Assembly (NCBI GenBank): GCA_044450385.1
Contig: JBIOIZ010000006.1
Coordinates: 339 to 64,338, forward strand
DNA: 64,000 nucleotides
Origin: Candidatus Dormibacteria bacterium
GTDB taxonomy: Bacteria > Chloroflexota > Dormibacteria > Aeolococcales > Aeolococcaceae
Direction: 5' to 3'
The notes under the pieces were generated by a model. It saw only the letters and a list, made by a program, of their open reading frames with translations, was not told where the DNA came from and made no database searches. A program made the translations under genes and the position numbers. The number at the start of each line of letters is the position of its first letter. The first letter of the stretch is position 1. Positions 59,247-64,000 of the stretch are shown here, in pieces.

Positions 59247-62072
59247 CTAGTCCCTCAAGACCGCCACGCGCAGCGGCCCGCCCGTCTCCACCTTCACTTC
59301 GTCGCCTTTGATTCGAACCTGAACGCGCGTTCCACGATATACCAGATGTACCGTCAGCGTCTCCCAGGCGTCGGGAAGCCGCGGACGAACAGAGAGTCCA
59401 TCGCCGTCCGCCTGGACGCCGGCAAAACCCTCCACCAAAGCCAGCCAGACCCCTCCCATGGTCGCGACGTGCAGTCCCGCGTTTGGCCCCGATGTATCCC
59501 CGACGTCGATGCCTGCCGCGAGACGCAGCAGCTCAAGTGCCTCGGGATAACGCGCAACACGGGCGAGCAACGCGGCGTGGACAGCCGGTGAGAGCGAGCT
59601 CCCGTGAGCCGTCATCGGAAGGTACCGATCGAGATTCGGGCGCAGCGAGTCTTCCGCGACCTCGGCGGGGATGAGCAGGTGGAGCATGAGGGCATCGGCT
59701 TGCTTGAGAACCTGCAGTCTCTGAATGCGATCGAAACCGATGACCGCGTCCGCTGCGAATGGTGCCGGTCCATACGTTTCGCGGAGAGGAAATGGAGCAA
59801 GCGATGAGAACCCTGAGAACTGCTCGTAGATACGACTCTCAGGGTCGAGGCCATCTTCGATCGCGTCCGCGAGAACCCGCCATTGCCGAACCTCGCGCTC
59901 ATCGCAATCGCCGCCCGCTCGCGTTGCTGCGGCACGCAGATTCCATCGCGCCATCACATTGGTGAAGGCGTTGTCATCAACGTCGTCATGATATTCGTCA
60001 GGCCCGATGACATGGCGAATGTGCGCCGACCCGTCGGCATCGCACTCGATTCGGGACGCCCAATAGCGTGCGGTTGCCACCAGAAGATGCACCAAGGGGC
60101 CGCGGCGGAAGGCGTCGTCCCCCGCCCAGTCATCGTACCGGCAGGCTGCCCATGCGACATCGGCCACGATGTGATTCTCCATCTCCCCGTTGCGGACGCG
60201 CACGATTTCGCCGCGCGGACCCATCACCGTGTCGGGGGTGATTTCGTATCCGGAACTGGCTGATTCCCAGGGAAACTTGGCTCCCTGAAGTCCGAGCTCG
60301 CGCGCCTGCTCCATGGCAGCACCGGTCCGGCGAATTCGGTATTCGAGCATCGCTCTCGCGGCAGGCGCACATGTGGCTGCAAGAAAGGGAAGAACAAAGA
60401 CATCGGAATCCCAGAAGACATGTCCGTGGTAGCCATCACCGCTCAGACCTCGCGCGCCGAGTGCCGCTTCCCCCTCGGTACCGACAGCCCCCATGAGCTG
60501 GAACAACGAGAAGCGGATATTGCGGAGCAACTCGTCGTCGCCACGTATGTCTATATGCGCGTCATTCCAGCGTCGCGCCCACGACTCTCGGTGGCGACGA
60601 TGCAGCGTGCTGACTCCAACAGCCCTCGCTTCACGTGCGCGCTCACGCGCGATGCCTATGTCCCCGCGGGCATATACCGCGATGCGCTCCAGGACAGCGG
60701 GATCGCCCTCGCGCCGTTCGTCACCGATGTGCACGGCCAGGACGCCATCTCGTGCCGCGAGGATCTCGGCTTCGGTCGCCTTCATATGGATCGAGTCGAG
60801 AAGCGAGTGACTCCCGGCCGCCCACCCCACGGCGGTGCCGGGCTCCGCCAGCGAGCTGAACTCCACGACTGACAACGACGAGCCGTCGTGCTGCAAGTGT
60901 TGGACGAGGACGCCGGTATGGAGGTCAAGAACTCGAGAGAGACGCGCACTCCCGTCGAGAGGGATACCGAGCTGGTTCCATGGAGGAGCGGTGCAGAGGT
61001 GCTCGTCGGGTCCTTCACCTTCGTAGAACCCAGCCATCCGCGTTTCGCCGGTCACGTGGGTGCTTCCCAGCGGCTGGGAAGTGGTTCCGATACGGCCGTC
61101 CGCCAACGTCAGCATGGTCGAGCGTGCCGGCTCGCGTCCCTGGTCGAGGCCCTCAATGCCGACCCGCCACGAGCTCTCAGGTGTCGGGTCTGGCGGTTGT
61201 CCGCGTTGGCGACGCCTGACCTGGTCAGCCAGCACCTCAAGAAGCTTGTCGGGGCCACCAGGTAGTGGAAGCACGCCCGGCGGTGGTCCAAAGGGCTCGG
61301 CGCCGACCGTGACCGCGAGGCAGCCTTGGGACTCAGGAACGAGCATCAGCGAATCGCTGCCTGGCACGCCACCCAGCAAACCGAATTCGTCTCCGACGAC
61401 GATAACATCACTCGGCGCGATGCCATGAGCCCAGAGGTCGGCGAACGCCCAACGAGCGGCGTCGGCCTTGTCGGTGAGGCCGATCTCCACGTATTTTGCG
61501 TCACTGGTGATTCGCGCATCGGCAAGGCCGGCATCAGTTGACGCTTCCTGCGCAATGGCTACGACCTCGGCGACGGAGGCGATTCCCGCCGCACGCAGAC
61601 GGGCCTCAGTGGCGTTGAGCAGGTCGACGATTCTCGCCTTCGGCGGATCAGCCCACGCTGCGAGAGGGATGATGTCGATCTTCCGGCGGTTGAGGCGCTG
61701 CGCAACGATGGTTGTCTCCAGCCCACGCGCTCTCAGCCGATCGACCGTGAGCGCTGTTGCACGGTCGAGCAGGGCATCCTCCTCGGGTGTTGCGACCCGT
61801 CGCGTGACGAGCTCCGGGCCGTCATGACGGCACTCGAACACCTCGGATCCACGGTTGACACACAGGAGCAGGCGCCCGGGTCCTGACGGACGGGCTTCCA
61901 GCTGCCCGTCGACGTTCTCCACATGCGTGCCGGTGATGATTGCGACATCGAATCCATGAGCACACAGCGCCTCGATGACCCGACGTACACGCCCGGCATC
62001 GGCATGCCGATTTGGGACCAGCGTCCCGTCCCAGTCTGCGACGCACGCCTCGAAACGGCGATCGAAACTCAT
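59247..62072 (-). CDS. HAD phosphatase-glycoside hydrolase family 65 (disaccharide phosphorylase) fusion
   Basis: HAD DWDGT, TG, DK, VGDEF; GH65 GHVFWD, GPDEYH, KQAD, HGSSLS. Confidence 0.88.
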   Translation of the reverse strand: MSFDRRFEACVADWDGTLVPNRHADAGRVRRVIEALCAHGFDVAIITGTHVENVDGQLEARPSGPGRLLLCVNRGSEVFECRHDGPELVTRRVATPEEDALLDRATALTVDRLRARGLETTIVAQRLNRRKIDIIPLAAWADPPKARIVDLLNATEARLRAAGIASVAEVVAIAQEASTDAGLADARITSDAKYVEIGLTDKADAARWAFADLWAHGIAPSDVIVVGDEFGLLGGVPGSDSLMLVPESQGCLAVTVGAEPFGPPPGVLPLPGGPDKLLEVLADQVRRRQRGQPPDPTPESSWRVGIEGLDQGREPARSTMLTLADGRIGTTSQPLGSTHVTGETRMAGFYEGEGPDEHLCTAPPWNQLGIPLDGSARLSRVLDLHTGVLVQHLQHDGSSLSVVEFSSLAEPGTAVGWAAGSHSLLDSIHMKATEAEILAARDGVLAVHIGDERREGDPAVLERIAVYARGDIGIARERAREARAVGVSTLHRRHRESWARRWNDAHIDIRGDDELLRNIRFSLFQLMGAVGTEGEAALGARGLSGDGYHGHVFWDSDVFVLPFLAATCAPAARAMLEYRIRRTGAAMEQARELGLQGAKFPWESASSGYEITPDTVMGPRGEIVRVRNGEMENHIVADVAWAACRYDDWAGDDAFRRGPLVHLLVATARYWASRIECDADGSAHIRHVIGPDEYHDDVDDNAFTNVMARWNLRAAATRAGGDCDEREVRQWRVLADAIEDGLDPESRIYEQFSGFSSLAPFPLRETYGPAPFAADAVIGFDRIQRLQVLKQADALMLHLLIPAEVAEDSLRPNLDRYLPMTAHGSSLSPAVHAALLARVARYPEALELLRLAAGIDVGDTSGPNAGLHVATMGGVWLALVEGFAGVQADGDGLSVRPRLPDAWETLTVHLVYRGTRVQVRIKGDEVKVETGGPLRVAVLRD

Positions 62073-62386
62073 ATCCAGATTCGTTAGCGTTGTGGTGGAT
62101 CCCGTGGTGGCGCAGCTCCCCGGCGCTCGGGAGGCCTTTCGGAAAGCCGAAGGCCGCCTCAGCCTACCGCAGACGCTTCTTCACCACTGGTCAGTCAGCG
62201 CAACGATCAGCGTCAACCCGATAGTGGGCGAGTCCTCCCACCAAGGAGTATCGCGCGATCGCCGGCCTGCCTCGACGCATCCACACGCAACCCCACGATC
62301 AACTCGATAGCGCCTCATATGCGTTTGGTGGAGCGGGATGGCACGGGCCGCGCCACGATTTGGACCTGGCGCCGTGTCATCGGCTG

Positions 62387-62497
62387 CTACTGTGCCGCGG
62401 ATCTCCGCACTCTGGTTTGCAGCCGAGCCACTGTGCCTTCGAGGCGGACGAGCTTCTTGGTCAGCTTCTTCAGGCGCTTCTTTTTCTTGATAGCCAT
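62387..62497 (-). CDS. 36-aa highly basic coiled-coil micro-protein
   Basis: MAIKKKKRLKKLTKKLVRLEGTVARLQTRVRRSAAQ; GAAGAGG RBS. Confidence 0.55.
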   Translation of the reverse strand: MAIKKKKRLKKLTKKLVRLEGTVARLQTRVRRSAAQ

Positions 62498-62519
62498 TTC
62501 GCCTCTTCCCATGTCGGTC

Positions 62520-62687
62520 TCAGTCGTTCTTATGGCTGTTCCGGCCACCCTTGCGTGACGAGGCGTTGCCATTGTTGGCATTGGCATTGCTGATGGCCGC
62601 AGCCCGCTGCTTGCTCATGCCCTTGTCGCGCAGACCCTCGTATTGCTTGGGATTTTTTATGGATGGACCGTGTTTCGAAGCAGGCAT
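62520..62687 (-). CDS. DUF7218-like small basic protein
   Basis: GPSIKNPKQYEGLRDKGMSKQRAAAISNA; GGAG RBS. Confidence 0.8.
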   Translation of the reverse strand: MPASKHGPSIKNPKQYEGLRDKGMSKQRAAAISNANANNGNASSRKGGRNSHKND

Positions 62688-62735
62688 CGTCGTTCTCCAA
62701 ATATTTGCCAATGGACTTGGGCCTACATACAACCC

Positions 62736-63215
62736 CTAACGAGCAGATGCAGTGGCCTCCGCCTTGGACAACCGCTCTCCCATGACCCGTCGCTCGTCTT
62801 CGTCACGCTCTTCAAGCACGGTGGGGAACTCGTCCGTCTCTTCGTGCTCGGCATGATCGACCACGGCTTGCTTGAAGTCCGCGAACATCCGATCGAACTC
62901 CGAACTGGAGACGTCCAACTTTTTGAGCTCGGCGATCGCCTGATTCGCCTTCTTCTCTTCCTGAAGTCGTGCCTGAACGACGTCATCCCCCGCAGTCTCT
63001 CGAGTCACCGGCCGAAGCACCTCCTGCTCCGCCGTTTCATGGACAACGAGGAGAGCGATGAGTTCGTCGAAGGCTTCCTGTCGTGCTTCAGCGCTCGAAT
63101 TTTCGACGCGTTCGAACAGATCGAGAACCTGCGCGTGCTGCTCGTACAAGATGCCGATGACATCGCCCTTCGGAAGTGTCGCTGCCTTCTCGCGGTCCTC
63201 TGCTGCTCCACCCAT
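62736..63215 (-). CDS. hemerythrin-domain protein
   Basis: EQH, HETAEQE, HAEHEE; AGGAGG RBS. Confidence 0.85.
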   Translation of the reverse strand: MGGAAEDREKAATLPKGDVIGILYEQHAQVLDLFERVENSSAEARQEAFDELIALLVVHETAEQEVLRPVTRETAGDDVVQARLQEEKKANQAIAELKKLDVSSSEFDRMFADFKQAVVDHAEHEETDEFPTVLEERDEDERRVMGERLSKAEATASAR

Positions 63216-63348
63216 GATAAGCCTCCTGTGCGCGTCCAACTATCAGCTTTGATGATAGCGCCATGTACCCATGCGGGTGATCCGCCCCCGGCCCCCACCC
63301 CGGGAGGAACTGAGCTCGTCCGAGTCCGAGGATCGTGCCGGCCGAAGT

Positions 63349-64000
63349 TCAGCGAGTCGAGCGAGAGTGACCGGCAGGGCGACGCGAAAGGCCCCGCAGG
63401 TCTCTGCCGCCGCGAGCGACACCAGCCGCATGACCAGCGCTGACGCGGTGCTCTTCGCTCTCGTGCCGTCGGCATCGTTTCCATCGGTACATGTTCGCGT
63501 CGGCAATCTTGAGCAGGTCGTCGAGTGAAGTCTCACCACTCCTGGCGATGGCATAGCCCACGCTTACGTGGATCGGTTCGCAGCCATCCAGCTTCAGTCC
63601 GTGCGAAAGGCTGGCGCGCAGCTTACGCATAGCGCGCTCGATACCCTCTATAGAAGTTGCCGGAAAGAGGATCGCAAACTCGTCGCCCCCGAGGCGTGCA
63701 ACGGTGTCGGATCCTCGCAATGAATCCTTCAGTCGACCTCCGATATGACGGAGCACACCGTCACCGGCCGCATGCCCGAGCGTGTCGTTGATGTCCTTGA
63801 AATGGTCGATGTCCGCAATTCCGATGCCGACCGGCATCTTGAGCCGCCGACTCATCAACAGTGCCTGATTGGCTCGCTCGCGGAAGAGCGCCACATTCGG
63901 GAGACCAGTGAGCGGATCATGAAATGCCATGTGATAGGTGTCACGCTGCGTTGCAAGTTTGTCCAGCACGCCCTCAATCTGCGCGGCCAGCTGCCTTGAT
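63349..64000 (-). CDS. diguanylate cyclase (GGDEF), 5' part outside the window
   Basis: HDPLTGLPN, DIDHFKDINDTLGH, RGSD I-site, GGDEF; frame open to the window edge. Confidence 0.88.
   Translation of the reverse strand, partial: SRQLAAQIEGVLDKLATQRDTYHMAFHDPLTGLPNVALFRERANQALLMSRRLKMPVGIGIADIDHFKDINDTLGHAAGDGVLRHIGGRLKDSLRGSDTVARLGGDEFAILFPATSIEGIERAMRKLRASLSHGLKLDGCEPIHVSVGYAIARSGETSLDDLLKIADANMYRWKRCRRHESEEHRVSAGHAAGVARGGRDLRGLSRRPAGHSRSTR

Noticed and set aside
62100-62260. Hairpin-rich leader upstream of HAD-GH65 as a riboswitch (e.g. fluoride)
   Set aside because: Consensus nucleotides are absent; GC-rich stems are expected by chance.
63243-63480. Possible second gene or frameshift behind the GGDEF domain
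   Set aside because: No recognisable motif in the alternative frames; cannot be told apart from a simple C-terminal tail.

Overview
High-GC bacterial chromosomal window. Gene content (complete GlgE alpha-glucan pathway, actinobacteria-like stress genes, several lineage-specific hypotheticals) resembles soil Terrabacteria such as Ca. Dormibacterota or Actinomycetota; this taxonomy is inference only. The left part (1-41.2 kb) is mostly housekeeping: 2-oxoacid oxidoreductase with a flavoprotein subunit, purMNH, glgE-treS-mak-glgB, redoxin-ccdA, acnA, lemA, recJ, rplY and mscS. It also holds two unusual modules. The first is an ECF sigma/anti-sigma/beta-propeller/TAT-protein cassette carrying a 53-bp promoter-like element twice (26228-26280 and 29238-29290). 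The second is an apparent operon of a CobB/CbiA homologue lacking its glutaminase cysteine, a chelatase-like AAA+ ATPase, a VWA protein and a DinB/MDMPI protein, followed nearby by an apparently inactive ADP-ribosylglycohydrolase homologue and a stand-alone B12-binding domain. The right part (41.2-64 kb) is a mosaic general-stress/accessory region: PfpI, DUF72, DUF6582, holin-like/DUF3618/YihY, orphan queC, c-di-GMP enzymes, an aquaporin, Hsp20, GT4, a HAD-GH65 fusion, a hemerythrin-domain protein, several micro-proteins below the ORF-track cutoff, and a hydrolase truncated at an apparent recombination junction. I found no rRNA, tRNA, CRISPR array, transposase or integrase. All calls come from reading motifs by eye; no database searches were run.
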